Source of the DNA: Octopus bimaculoides
Taxonomy: Eukaryota
Direction: 5' to 3'
Assembly (NCBI RefSeq): GCF_001194135.2
Contig: NC_068986.1
Span: 78,147,769 to 78,211,768, forward strand
DNA length: 64,000 nt
The translations under genes and the position numbers were made by a program. The notes beneath the pieces are model-generated. The model saw only the letters and a program-made list of their open reading frames with translations. It was not told where the DNA came from and made no database searches. Below, in pieces: positions 12,622 through 26,704 of this stretch; within the stretch, counting starts at the first letter, position 1; each line of letters starts with the position of its first letter.

Positions 12622-14344
12622 GTGACAATGACGATGATGATATCTGAAGTCCATATTGAGCATTACCTGAAAGATTTTTGTTTCAAGATTTAGCATCTGA
12701 CAGAACTCTTTCCCATTCCATATGCTCTTGTATTATACTAAGTTCTAGAACACAATACCCTCTCATTCCTTCTTGCTTCCCTTTGTGATTGAAGAAATCC
12801 CCATGGATTATTTACAGATACTGTCTTCATCGGATAATATGATAAAAAATAATATATAGTTATATACAAACTCACAAGCCATCAGCTGTAGCAATTATTC
12901 AATAACTAATTAGAATTACAGAGTAAAAGATTCATATTTCTTTGGAATTCTTTAATGCGTAAATGAAATCATTAAGTAAATACTTTTAATGAACATTTCC
13001 AGTTTATTGATATCCCCCACTACCCTGAAGGAACTTTCTGTAATAATCACATACACAAAGATGTTAGACTAGATAATTAGATGCAGTAACATAGACAAAA
13101 GTGAAACAACCAAAACAAAACAAAAAAAAAAGAAGAGAAAAATCAAAAAGACAAACAAAAAAAAAAGAACACTGCAAAGTTGATTCTATCTAGCCGCACA
13201 GTTATTTAGTATCTAATTAAGACTGATTTGTTAATGTCAAGCTGAAAATAGGACATTGATTGTTTCGGATAAAAATACATCTTCAGCTCACTGGTAAAGC
13301 ATTTGACTTGTCACTCTGGTTTCACATTATTGTAACCATTAAATCGAAAATGAATGTAAATATAGATAACACCAGCTTCCTCCCCCTCCTCTTCATTAAC
13401 ATCATTATCAGCATTTCAAAGCCTTGTGAGTGAATTTGTTTGATGGAAACTGAAATAAGGCCATTGTATGTNNNNNNNNNNNNNNNNNNNNNNNNNNNNN
13501 NNNNNNNNNNNNNNNNNNNNNNNNNNNNNNNNNNNNNNNNNNNNNNNNNNNNNNNNNNNNNNNNNNNNNNNNNNNNNNNNNNNNNNNNNNNNNNNNNNNN
13601 NNNNNNNNNNNNNNNNNNNNNNNNNNNNNNNNNNNNNNNNNNNNNNNNNNNNNNNNNNNNNNNNNNNNNNNNNNNNNNNNNNNNNNNNNNNNNNNNNNNN
13701 NNNNNNNNNNNNNNNNNNNNNNNNNNNNNNNNNNNNNNNNNNNNNNNNNNNNNNNNNNNNNNNNNNNNNNNNNNNNNNNNNNNNNNNNNNNNNNNNNNNN
13801 NNNNNNNNNNNNNNNNNNNNNNNNNNNNNNNNNNNNNNNNNNNNNNNNNNNNNNNNNNNNNNNNNNNNNNNNNNNNNNNNNNNNNNNNNNNNNNNNNNNN
13901 NNNNNNNNNNNNNNNNNNNNNNNNNNNNNNNNNNNNNNNNNNNNNNNNNNNNNNNNNNNNNNNNNNNNNNNNNNNNNNNNNNNNNNNNNNNNNNNNNNNN
14001 NNNNNNNNNNNNNNNNNNNNNNNNNNATATATATATGTATATATATATATACATACATATATAGATATATATATATATAAATATGTGTATGTGCATAAGT
14101 GTGCATATGTATGTGAGTGTCTTCTTCTCTTGACATCATGCATTAGTAGTTAAGAATCTTACTGTTACACAACTAGTGTCCACCATTTCCCATCTTCCAT
14201 GAAAACATAGCCAGCCTTGGAGAAAGATTTCCTGGGTTGGAACCAAGAGAGGGTTGATGTAAACTTGGAAAAGTGGAACTGAAAATGCTGCAGCTGCAGC
14301 TGGTGGTGGTGGTGGTGGTATAATCCTTAACCAGTATCAAGTGG

Positions 14345-14780
14345 AGAATAATACTGATTTCAAATTTTGACACAAGGCCAGCAATTTCTGGAGAGCAAGT
14401 AAGTTGATTACATTGTCTCTTGTGTTCAACTGATACTTATTTTATCTACCCAAGAAGAATGAAAGGCAGGGTTGACCTCAGTGGAAATTGAACCCAGAGT
14501 ATAAAGACGGATGAAATGCCACAAAGCATTTTGTTCAGCATGCAAACAGTTCTACCAGCTTGCTGTGTTAGTACAGTGTAATATTGGTTTCAAGTTTGGA
14601 CATAAGGCCAGTAATTTGGGGTTAAGTCAATTATGTTCAACTGGTACTTATTTTATGGACTCTAGAAAGATGAAAGGCAAAGTCAACCTTGGTAACATTC
14701 GAACTCCGAGCATAAAAATGGAAGAAATGCAATTAAGCATTTTACCTGGAGTGCCAATGATTCTGTCAGCTTACCACCTT
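14345..14780 (-). mobile_element. Two tandem SINE family C copies
   Basis: Two gaaaggca(a/g)...gacct...gaattgaac/attcgaac blocks. The second copy is flanked by ttagt(a/g)cagtgtaatatt (17/18 match). Confidence 0.8.
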
Positions 14781-15889
14781 AGTGCAGTGTAATATTACTA
14801 AGAAGAGTGAATAAGTACTTTCTGTTTGACTGTGTTCCTAAGTTGTTAGTATGTTTTAGACATCCTATTGAAGGCTATACTGGAGCATGCGTTGTGTGAG
14901 TATAGGAGCTGATATATTATCAATGGAATACAAATAAAATCTTGAAGGGAAAAGAACCTCACTATTTGGGACTGCATCTGGACATTATATTTCCCTAGAT
15001 AGGTGAATTAAAATAATGATGTCATATCTAAATCTCAGCTGAATATTTTCTTTGTCTGTTTTCTATCACGGGCCATATTTAATATTCCAGATGTTTAACC
15101 AGCCTTTCCCACACATGCATACAACCACAACAGCTTTGTAAGGAAGAATAACTTTATTTCCAAAGCAACTATTTCTTTCAACTTCCATTAAACTTCAACT
15201 TTAGGCTATTACAACAATCTTTTTAAAAACTGCTCTCAATCTCCTCTGTTTATTTGAGGAAGTGAATGACATGATAATAATATCCAGACATTTTGCTACA
15301 ATGGTTTAGAGATTGATGCCCTTCCTGTCATAAATTATATTAATACAGGTTCTGGAATATCTTCCATATTATTTACTGAATATTCATGCTCCCAGAGTGT
15401 CTGTTTTCTATGAGTCATTTTCATTAACAAGCTGTGTCTAGTCAGAACTAATCTTAACTAATATTTATTTTCTACTAAGATGCCTGACATAGTGGATAGA
15501 GTGTTCAGTTTATGACCATAGTGTAATAGGTTCAATTCCAGGACTAGGTAGCATGTTGTGACTATGAGCAAGACACTTTATTCCATGTTGCTCTCTCTCT
15601 CTCTCTCTCTCTTTCTCCCCCTTTTTTTATACAACTCTATCTGTCTATCTATCTATCTACCTATCTTTCTCTCTATTTCTCTCTCATTCTAGCTATCACA
15701 CCCAAGATGTGCTTCTGGATGAAAGGATGGAAGAGTCTATAGGATGTCAACATCTGCTGGTGACTGCATAGGCACATGTTACCAAGTCATACTCATTCAT
15801 GGATGAAGGCTGGCTTTTACTATGATTAGTAATTCTACAAATGGACTCAATGATGATTCACAAAATTGTTGGCTGTGATAGTTCAATAC

Positions 15890-16060
15890 TGATTTCAAAT
15901 TTTGGCACAAGGCCAGCATCCAACTTGTACTTACTGACTTCAAAAGGACGAAAGGCAAAGTTGACCTCAGCAGAATTTGAACTCAGAATGTAAAGACAGA
16001 TTAAATGCTGCTAAGTCTTTTGCCTGGCAATCTAATGATTCTGCCACATCACTGCCTTAG
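15890..16060 (-). mobile_element. SINE family C copy
   Basis: gaaaggcaaagttgacctcagcagaatttgaactcagaatgtaaagac...tgccacatcactgcctt. Confidence 0.8.
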
Positions 16061-16496
16061 GGATTCATTAATTTTGTCACATAATTATTGAGTTGAATTA
16101 TACCAATTAATATCAAAGATAAGTCTTTTATTGAAACATAGCATTCTAGGCCTGCATTATCCAATGTGCTATTGTTTGTTATGAGGATTTACTTGCTATT
16201 CAAGCAGATTGTGTACATACATAGTGGTTTCTAAGACAGACCATTGTAATACAGGATTATGATATTGTTGGTGTGGTTATGGTTTAGTGTCAGATCCGTC
16301 ATATTCATTCATATATGTGTGTGCATGTAATTGTTTAGATGAAAAGCAGTTGATGATTAGAAAAATGAAGGGTATCACGCTGTAAAACAATACCGCATTA
16401 ATAATATCCATCTATCCAATGCTTCCAGGCAAAACAAATGAATTAATATCTCTGCATATGTGTATATCCATATATACATGCATATACACATATATA

Positions 16497-16532
<36 letters not shown>

Positions 16533-16542
16533 NNNNNNNNNN

Positions 16543-16579
<37 letters not shown>

Positions 16580-16681
16580 ATTACACACACACACACACAC
16601 ACATGTGTGCATATTGGTGTTTGTGAGTCTCTCTCTGTCTCTATGTGTATGTGTTGTGTCTGTGTGCATGTGTATGTATGC

Positions 16682-16719
<38 letters not shown>

Positions 16720-17635
16720 NNNNNNNNNNNNNNNNNNNNNNNNNNNNNNNNNNNNNNNNNNNNNNNNNNNNNNNNNNNNNNNNNNNNNNNNNNNNNNNNN
16801 NNNNNNNNNNNNNNNNNNNNNNNNNNNNNNNNNNNNNNNNNNNNNNNNNNNNNNNNNNNNNNNNNNNNNNNNNNNNNNNNNNNNNNNNNNNNNNNNNNNN
16901 NNNNNNNNNNNNNNNNNNNNNNNNNNNNNNNNNNNNNNNNNNNNNNNNNNNNNNNNNNNNNNNNNNNNNNNNNNNNNNNNNNNNNNNNNNNNNNNNNNNN
17001 NNNNNNNNNNNNNNNNNNNNNNNNNNNNNNNNNNNNNNNNNNNNNNNNNNNNNNNNNNNNNNNNNNNNNNNNNNNNNNNNNNNNNNNNNNNNNNNNNNNN
17101 NNNNNNNNNNNNNNNNNNNNNNNNNNNNATATATATAACTACACACACACACACACACATTTGTTTATATGCATATTGCATCCATCATAGGTTATGTACA
17201 CATACATACTTACCTACACACAAATCTTATGCACAGATTACTCTCGGAAAACTGTATTTGAAATTTTGTTGATAAACTTGAACTTTTCACATTTCACATA
17301 GTAACCAAATGAAATCACTAATTCAAAAACATTGCATAGGTGTTTATCTCTGGCAAATTGTTGGCACCTGTGCATTAACTATGATTTATATTAGCTACAT
17401 AAGTGGCAAGTATAAGCAAAACTATGTAACCAATTCCATTACAAGTTAAATCTGAAGAATACCCTAGAACCAAAAAGAAAGATGTGTACTGTGCTTGTGG
17501 CAACTGGAATACAGAGTTTGTTGTTGAATCTAATGTTTAGCCTAGACCCATATCAACCGGAACATAGCAGACCCATAACCAGTATGTGTATATGTATATA
17601 TTTTATGTATATATAAATATACGTATATATAAACA

Positions 17636-17700
<65 letters not shown>

Positions 17701-17701
17701 G

Positions 17702-17733
<32 letters not shown>

Positions 17734-18052
17734 CCTATCTTTCTCTCTATTTCTCTCTCATTCTAGCTATCACACCCAAGTTGTGCTTCTGGATGAAAGG
17801 ATGGAAGAGTCTATAGGATGTCAACATCTGCTGGTGACTACATAGGCACATGTTACCAAATCATACTCATTCATATATGAAGGCTAGCTTTTACTAGGAT
17901 TAGTAATTCTACAAATTACAAATTTGTAGTGCTGGTGGCATGTAAAAGCACCCATTACACTCTCAGAGTCTGGTGCAGCCTTCCAACATGCCAGCCCTGG
18001 TCAAACCGTCCAACCCATGACAGCATGGACAACAGATGTTAAATGATGATGA

Positions 18053-18105
<53 letters not shown>

Positions 18106-18251
18106 TGAGAAAGTTGGTATGTGAAAGCACGTGGTTGGATGTATAAAAGATAAAAAAGAGTGAAAAAACTACAGAAAGCTTGTGTTATATGCTTAAAGTA
18201 TATATTTAAATCGTTATGTTAGAAAAATGTAATAAATTTTTTTGTATTGGG

Positions 18252-18890
18252 CCTTAACAAGGCAATGACTAGTGACCAAGACCTTTGGAGATATGCTGTG
18301 CTTGAGAAGACCCGACAAGCCAAGTGAGACCATGGGCCATGGCCTATGCCAGTGGCTTTAACCAGCCCACTTATGAATATCCCTCATTCATTGGACAATA
18401 AACTCTACTTGTGAAGATCTATTGAGGCAATTGAAAATCAAAATCGCTGACGTGGCCATTGACAGTACTGCCTGATTGACACTCATGCCAGTGGAACATT
18501 AAAAGTACATCTGAATGTGAGCATTGCCAGGGCTGCTGATTGGCTCCCATGCTGGTGGCATGTAAAAAACACCATTTGAGCATGATCATTGCCAGTGTTG
18601 CCTTACTGGCACGTGTGCTGGTGGCACATGAAAACCAGCATTCAAGTGTGATCATTCCCAGTGCCGCCAGACTGGCTCCTGTGCAGGTAGCACGTAAAAA
18701 ACATCTTTTGAACATGGTCATTGCCAGAACTGCGTGACTGGCCCTCGTGCCAGTGGCACATAAAGGCACCCACTACACTCTCGGAGTGGTTGGCATTAGG
18801 AAGGGCATCCAGCTGTAAAAACTTTAACGGTTCAGATTGGAGCCTGGTGCAGCCTTCTGGCTTACCAGTCCTCAGTCAAACCATCCAACC
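18252..18890 (+). mobile_element. RTE 3' end (ORF terminus plus tandem-repeat UTR)
   Basis: caaggcaatgactagtgaccaagacctttggagatatgctgtgcttgagaagacc is the reverse complement of the ORF end at 340-420. It is followed by ~66-bp units and the shared terminal block aggaagggcatccagctg. Confidence 0.85.
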
Positions 18891-19250
18891 NNNNNNNNNN
18901 ATATATATATATATATATGTAGGCAAGCATATACACATATATATAATATATATATATTATCTGTGTGTCTTTTGTTTATGTTTGGTTCGTTTACATTCCT
19001 GTAACTTAGCATTTCAACAAAAGTAACCAATAAAGTAAGTACCATAAAAAAAAGTCATAAAAGATAAGTACCAAAGTTGATATCAACTAAAACCCTTCTA
19101 GGCAGTGCCTCAGCATGGCTGCCGTAAATGGCTAAAACTAGAAATGGTAAAAGGTAAAAATTATATATGTGGAACTGACATATTCAGACATATTTCTATG
19201 TTTGAATTTTTGGACCTAGGTACAAAGCATTAACTACAACACTGTTTTTA

Positions 19251-19293
<43 letters not shown>

Positions 19294-19986
19294 ACACACA
19301 CACACACAGAGACACACACACACACACAGACACACACACACAGACACACACACACATACACACACACACATACACACACACACACACACGCATATNNNNN
19401 NNNNNNNNNNNNNNNNNNNNNNNNNNNNNNNNNNNNNNNNNNNNNNNNNNNNNNNNNNNNNNNNNNNNNNNNNNNNNNNNNNNNNNNNNNNNNNNNNNNN
19501 NNNNNNNNNNNNNNNNNNNNNNNNNNNNNNNNNNNNNNNNNNNNNNNNNNNNNNNNNNNNNNNNNNNNNNNNNNNNNNNNNNNNNNNNNNNNNNNNNNNN
19601 NNNNNNNNNNNNNNNNNNNNNNNNNNNNNNNNNNNNNNNNNNNNNNNNNNNNNNNNNNNNNNNNNNNNNNNNNNNNNNNNNNNNNNNNNNNNNNNNNNNN
19701 NNNNNNNNNNNNNNNNNNNNNNNNNNNNNNNNNNNNNNNNNNNNNNNNNNNNNNNNNNNNNNNNNNNNNNNNNNNNNNNNNNNNNNNNNNGTATTTAAAA
19801 TATTGATCTTATCAAGTGGTCAGCATGGGAATAAAAACCATCAAAGGTAATAATTATTTAAAATTATAATACAGGGTATCAAGAGATACCACCACGCTGA
19901 AAAAATAGCAGTCAAATCCTGACTCCAAAACCACAATAAATGTCCGCAAGGCACGATTAGCGAAGACGAAGACCAAATTTTAAATA

Positions 19987-20024
<38 letters not shown>

Positions 20025-20039
20025 TCTGCTTGCGAAGAC

Positions 20040-20608
20040 ATGTTGGGGCAAGTGAAATTGAAATCGTAATTGAACCATACTTGATGACTGGCACCTGCGC
20101 CAGTAGAACACAAAGAGCACTCTTCGAGCATGTTCATTGCCAGAGCAGCTGCCTGGCTTCTGTGCTAGTGGCCCATAAATAGCACCATTTGAGCGTAATC
20201 GATACTAGAGTCGCCTTCTAGCACTTGTGCTGGTGGCATGTTAGAAAATCATTCGAGCAAGGTCGTTGCCGGTGCTGCTGGACTGGCTCCCGTGCAGGTG
20301 GCACGTAAAAAAACACCTTTTTGAGTGTGTTCGTTGCCAGTACTGTGTGACTGGCCCTCATGCCAGTGGCACGTAAAAGCACCCACTACACTCTCGGAGT
20401 GGGTGGCGTTAGGAAGGGCATCCTGCTGTAGAAACTCTGCCAGATCAGATTGGAGCCTAGNNNNNNNNNNGCATCCTGCTGTAGAAACTCTGCCAGATCA
20501 GATTGGAGCCTAGTACAGCCTTCTGGCTTGCCAGTCCTCAGTCAAATTGTCCAACCCATGCTAGCATTGAAAACGGACGTTAAACGATGATGATGATGAA
20601 GATGATGA
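20040..20608 (+). mobile_element. RTE 3' UTR copy with tandem units and (GAT)n tail
   Basis: Tandem gtggcacgtaaaa units; terminal ...aacccatgctagcattgaaaacggacgttaaacgatgatg. Confidence 0.85.
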
Positions 20609-21349
20609 TATATATAAATCCAGAAAATAGAACAAGAATGTAACGGACAACAATGAAAACACACGGACAGATGGACGAAACAAAGACGGACAGGAAAACC
20701 AGGACAGAATATTTGTGGTTCTCTATTCATAAACCAAGCTTCTAATTATCACTACAGTTTCAGCCTGTTACACTTGAGACTGTTCAAAATTGGTAGGACC
20801 CAAAAGGCTCAGCTAAGGACATTAAATTTTTGGAAGAAAGCTGACAAATATGTGGGACAACACAGACAAAAAAACGAGAAAATGGAGAAAATGTTACACG
20901 ATTACAAATACAAACAAAAAAGATAACAACAGGTGTCTTTCAACTAAAAGGACAAATTAAGTTAAGCTGGCATGTGAAGTGGAAGCCTTATGGCGACAAA
21001 CATAGATGAAGGTCAGGAGACAGGAAAATAAGGCATTGTGTGAGTGGCGGTCAAGCCAAGACAGAAAGATCATGCTTGGCCAAGCACTGGTCACATGGAA
21101 GGAACAGAGAGAGGTAGGGAACAGAGGGATTGAAGAACTAGGGAAGGAACTAGAGAGAGAGAGAGAGGGAAAGGTACAAGGAAGATAACAGAGGAAAGTA
21201 GAGAGATTAAAGAAAGAGAATGCCAAGAAACGTGAGAGGGGGAGCGAGAAAAGGAAAAAAGGAAAAAAGAAGAAAGTCGTACAGAATTTAGATATATACT
21301 TACTAATAAGCTGAACAAAAGGTGTATGTACGCCACTATATCTCTCTTT

Positions 21350-21704
21350 TTCTCTTTTATTCTTTTACTTGTTTCAGTCATTTGACTGTGACCATGCTGG
21401 AGCACTGCCTTTAGTCGAGTAAATCGACCCCAGAACTTCTTCTTTGAAAGCCTAATACTTATTCTATCGGTCTTTTTTGCCAAACCGCTAAGTTTCATGG
21501 ACGTAAACACACCACCATCGGTTGTCAAGCGATGTTGGGGGGACAAACACAGACACACGAACATACACACACACATACATATATACGACGGGCTTCTTTC
21601 AGTTTCCGTCTACCAAATCCACTCACAAAGCTTTGGTCAGCCCGAGGCTATAGTAGAAGACACTTGCCCAAGATGCCATGCAGTGGGACTGAACCTGGAA
21701 CCAT
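21350..21704 (-). mobile_element. SINE family B, young copy lacking the first part of its head
   Basis: CpG-rich and close to the family consensus seen in the window. It stops abruptly at ggaaccat. Confidence 0.85.
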
Positions 21705-21898
21705 ATGTATATATAAATCCCAAAAATGAAACAAGAACGTAACGGACAACAATGAAAACATATGGACAGATGGACGAAACAAAGATAGACAGGAAAGCCG
21801 GGACAGAATATTTGTGGCTTTCTATTCATTAGTCAAGCTTCCAATTATCACTACAGTTTCAACCTATATATGTATATGTATATATATATATATGTATA

Positions 21899-21936
<38 letters not shown>

Positions 21937-21948
21937 TTTATATATATT

Positions 21949-21993
<45 letters not shown>

Positions 21994-22238
21994 TTATATA
22001 TATGTGTGTGTATATATGTACATATAATCATGATCACCATCATCATCATCATCATCATTTAATGTTTGTTTTCCATGTTGGCATGGGTTGGATGGCTTGA
22101 CAGGAGCTGGAAAGTTAGAAGACTGCGTGAAGCTCAACTGTTCGCTTTTGCATTTTACATGCCATGTAAAAGAGACTCAGAATATGAGAGAGTGGTGGTG
22201 GAGATACACATATATACGTGTGTGTGTGTGTGTGTGCA

Positions 22239-22300
<62 letters not shown>

Positions 22301-22310
22301 CATATATACG

Positions 22311-22690
22311 TATTCTTTTACTTGTTTCAATTATTTTGACAGTGGCCATGCTGGAGTACCACCTTTTAGTTGAAGAAATCGACTTATTCTTTGTAAGCCT
22401 GGTACTTATTCTATTGGTCTTTTTTGCCAAACTGCTAAGTTATAGGGATGTAAACACACCAAGATCGGTTGTCAAGTGATGATGTAGAGACAAACAGATG
22501 CAAACACAAATATAAACACACACACACACACACATACACAACAGATTCTTTCAGTTTCCATCTGCCATATCCACTCACAAGGCTTTGGTTGGCCTGAGGC
22601 TATAGTAAAAGACACTCTTCTAAGGGGCCACACAGTGAAACTGAACCCGGAACCATGTGGTTGGGAAGCAAGCTTTTTACCACACAGCCA
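22311..22690 (-). mobile_element. SINE family B, full-length
   Basis: Tail through to head ...gggaagcaagctttttaccacacagccat. Confidence 0.85.
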
Positions 22691-23169
22691 TGCCTACATA
22701 CACATATATATGCATACACCCATATATATCTATGTGTATTTTTCACTGATACATGTATATTGATGAAAGATGTAAAGATACATAGTCTTTGTGAAGAAAA
22801 ACAAAAATATGATGCTTTCAAAGTATATATCTATTTGTTCCTATCCACCCAAATTGGCGAATTGGCCCAGCAATCCTTTGTCTCTCTTTCTCCATTAAAA
22901 TTCCAGTGAGCTAGCAATTGTCTCATTTTAAACCTGGAAGCAATAACATGCTGTACACAAAAATGTGACAGAAAATGCAAAAATGAATAAATAAGGAACT
23001 AAAAAGCCTTTTGCAATATGTTCATATAGAGAAGGATTATAATAGGATTCCATTCTGGTTTTGTCTGATGGTGAATAATAATAAGAGATAAATGGTATAT
23101 AAGAATAATTCATGTCTCACAGCATATTTAATGTTGTTGCATTCTAGACTGTATTGAAAGAAAGACTAC

Positions 23170-23330
23170 TCACCAACACCTGCCATTCTCCGGCTCATCA
23201 ATAAGCCATCTCTTCACTCTAGTTTCTGTACTACAACTGTAGTGGCCTTTGCTTCTCTGAGCTGGCTGGTTAACCCCATGCTTACCTCTCTTAGTCATTC
23301 TTATTTCACTCATCTCTTCTGTTCCTGTCA
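23170..23330 (-). mobile_element. Decayed RTE endonuclease N-terminal fragment (possible)
   Basis: MTKRGK...(Q)ETRVKR...AGVG resembles the APE-type pattern MTG(R/K)G...QETRW...GVG, with frameshifts. Confidence 0.4.
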
Positions 23331-23501
23331 CTTATATCACAACCCACCCCAGGATTGTTTTTCTTTAATCATTATACCCAGCACCCAGTCCTTCCTCCAA
23401 AGAAGTTTGCCCTTCCTGCCCATATTCTTCCAGTACCTTTTCAGCAGGATGCAGCTATACAAGAACACTAACTACACTGATCTCACACACACACATTTAT
23501 A

Positions 23502-23541
<40 letters not shown>

Positions 23542-23799
23542 TATATATATATTTACACACACATATGAGTGAGTGGACAAACAAAAGAAAATGGAATTCA
23601 ACACATTTAGTAGGAGTTACATATATTATTTTAAAACAGTTTGGTTCAGCTCCATGCAACTTAGGTAACCTAAGCCTCATGTGGTTTGTTTGATGAGCCC
23701 ACAAAACTTCAAGTTGCATAGAGCCAAATTACCATCATCATCAAAGCTTTTATTTTCATTTTTTCATGCTGGGCACAGAATGACAAGTTTATAACATCA

Positions 23800-24150
23800 A
23801 TTATGTCACCTTCTATTTCAACCTCTTCATATTTTAGAAGCCCAACATCGTAAGGTTTCACATCACTTGACCATTTCCTCTACAGAATTCATTGTTCCAT
23901 TCCATAACATACCTATATCTACAATGTTAATTCCCCTGCATACATTGGCTAAATTTTACAACACTTAGCTGTCACTCAGGTTACTTTTTCTACACCTTTC
24001 ATTCAGATTAACCTTATACTTTTAGCAAATCATTCTCACCTCATCTGTTTTCTTCTCCTGTTCCTTCATTGCTATCATAACTATGGTTTCTCTTTCGTGA
24101 CATCATCTAAGTGATTAACAACCCATGGTAACTTCTTTGATAAATGCCAT
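23800..24150 (-). mobile_element. Decayed RTE C-terminal fragment
   Basis: ...EVRMIC*KYKVNLNER... and a ttagccaatgtatgcagg block homologous to 37630-37655. Confidence 0.45.
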
Positions 24151-24542
24151 GCATTTAAAAGGTGAGATGTATTATTGCTATCCTTCTGGTAAATTTTTTA
24201 CAAGACATCATGTTGTTGCCTAGACACAGAAAAATTTATCAGAGGTACTTGGAAACTCAGAATGTAAAGAACTTATATAAATATTGCAAAATATTTTGTC
24301 TGATGTTCCATCAATTCATCTAAGCTACTATCCTGGCCTGACAGTTTATCTTAAAGACCCAGAAGAATGAACAATAAATTGACTTTGGTAGGATATGAAC
24401 TCAGAACATAAAGCGGCAACCAATGCCTCAAAGAATTCTATCTGATGCCTTAGCAACTCTGCTAATTTATCCAATATGTTTTCCTGCAGCCAACTTAGTA
24501 GTAATTAGTACTCTAATATTAATTAGTAAATCAGTATTTATT

Positions 24543-24940
24543 TCAAATGTTGGTACAAGACCAGCAATTTTGGGGTAGTGGGTAAGTCAATAACATCAAT
24601 CCCAATACTCAACTGGTACTTGTTTTAAACAACACCATAAGGATCAAAGGCAAAGTTGACCTTGGCAGGATTTGAACTTGAAATATAAAGCTGGATGAAA
24701 TGCCACTCAGCATTTTACCAGCTCACTGCCTCTAAATCAGTTAATATTCTTTTCTACTCTAGGGGAGGGGGCCACTCAATTACATCGACACAAGTTTACA
24801 ACTGGTATTTAATTTATCGACCCCGAAAGGATGAAAGGCAAAGTCGACTCATTGGAATTTGAACTCAGAACGTAAAGACAGATAAAATATTGCTAAGCAT
24901 TTCGCCTGGTGTGCTAACATTTCTGCCAGCTTGCTGCCTA
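24543..24940 (-). mobile_element. Two tandem SINE family C copies
   Basis: Copies at 24543-24732 and 24749-24940, separated and flanked by taaatcagt...tatt repeats. Confidence 0.85.
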
Positions 24941-25674
24941 TAAATCAGTTAATATTAATTAATAAAAACAGTTAAAATCAGAAGAATCCAGTGACCTTTT
25001 GCTTTAGTAAATACTGCAGTGAGGAAGCAGGGAAGACTAACATTTTTGACAGAATTTTTAATTGGTAAGAGAGAGAGAGAGAGAGAAAGAGAGGGAGAGA
25101 GAGAGGGGGGGGGGGAGAAAGAGAAAGAGAGAGAAGAAATGTTTACTTGTATTACAGGTAAAATTTATTTATTTTGCAGCATCAGTGAACATTTGATTCC
25201 TCTCCAGCAAGGGGTTCTGTGCAAAACATTAAGTTCTTCTTTCTCACAACATAAAATTTATTCCACTGCTTGAACTCTTGTTAAAACTAATTAGTTCACC
25301 AAGCTAACATAAACTATCAAATAAATCTACTCAGCTGTCTGGGAATTTCACAGAGTAAATCTAATATTAACTACCTCCTGCTCCTTAATTCAGTGTTCCT
25401 ACAGTTTACTATTTTTGTGCATGTATCATATCAAAATGCCTTGTTTGCTGTTTGTCTGACATTAAAGATTTCATTGCCACATTTGTATAGACAATACTTT
25501 TAGTGAGTTTGCATTATTGATAACAGATCTATCCCCTTAACATATCAAGCAAGGCTACTTCTTTGCTCGTGCTCATGTACTCATATTTGTATTCTTGGTT
25601 TGCTAACTGGCACTTCAAATTTTGTCCTGTTGATCTTTAGGTGTCTGTACTGTTAAAGGCATTTTTATAGATCT

Positions 25675-26075
25675 TTTATCTTTTACTTGTTTCAGTCATT
25701 AGATTGTGGCCATGCTGGGGCACTGCCTTGAAGCAATTCTAGTCAAATGAATTGACCCTAGTACTTAATTCTATTTTAAGCCTGGTACTTACTCAATTGG
25801 TCTCTTTTGCTGAACCACTAGGTTACAGTGACGTAAACACAATACCAGTTATCAAGCAGTGTTGGGGGATTCCTCAGACTCAAAGACACACACACACACA
25901 CACACACACGCACAATGGACTTCTTTCTGTTTCCGTCTACCAAATCCACTCACAAGATTTTGGTTAGCACGAGGCTATAGTTGAAGACACTTAGCCAAGG
26001 TGCCACGCAGTGGGACTGAACCTGGAACCATGTGATTGGGAAGCAAGCTTCTTACAACACAACCACACAACCACA
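25675..26075 (-). mobile_element. SINE family B, full-length
   Basis: Same block order as 22311-22690. Confidence 0.85.
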
Positions 26076-26456
26076 CCTAGGTTTACAAAGATTTTTCAAT
26101 TCTTTTAAGAGAATTAACCAATTATTTCAATACACATGTATTGAAATAATACACACCTACACACATACACAGATATATTTTAAGACAAACTTATGCATGT
26201 GGACACACATGCACTAAAATACATGTACATATACATATTGCACCAAAGGTCCAGTTGACCAAACCATACACAAGGGCAGAGTATTTAATCTTTGCCACTC
26301 ATATAGACAACGGCTCACCCATGCTGGTCATGCAACCTCACTTCTAAACCAACACAATGAAAATATAAAGACTGCTGCTGCTAATGTTCTCAAACTCTAC
26401 GGAACAATGACTGAGCTGCTAACTTGCATCAACATCATACCCTACCATGTGAATAT

Positions 26457-26494
<38 letters not shown>

Positions 26495-26497
<3 letters not shown>

Positions 26498-26660
26498 GGC
26501 ATGTAAAAGGCACCCACTACACTCTTGGAGTGGTTGGCATTAGGAATGGCATCCAGCTGTAGAAACATTGCCAGATCAGCCTGGAGCCTGGTGCAGCTGC
26601 TAGCTCTCCAGACCTCAGTCAAACCATCCAACCCATGCCAGCATGGAAAACGGACGTTTA

Positions 26661-26704
<44 letters not shown>

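Noticed and set aside
17541-17581. Apparent exon LDPYQPEHSRPIT
   Set aside because: tgtttagcc...agcagacccataacca resembles a decayed repeat with related blocks near 32310-32350, 34170-34215 and 36890-36930.
20418-20513. 43-bp direct repeat around a 10-N gap
   Set aside because: Contig-overlap artefact within an RTE tail.
22831-23330. Two-exon minus-strand model (...RWLIDEPENGRCW|FKMRQLLAHWNFNG...*) with good splice sites
   Set aside because: The upstream part is better explained as a decayed RTE endonuclease (MTKRGK..ETR..GVG), and there is no independent support.
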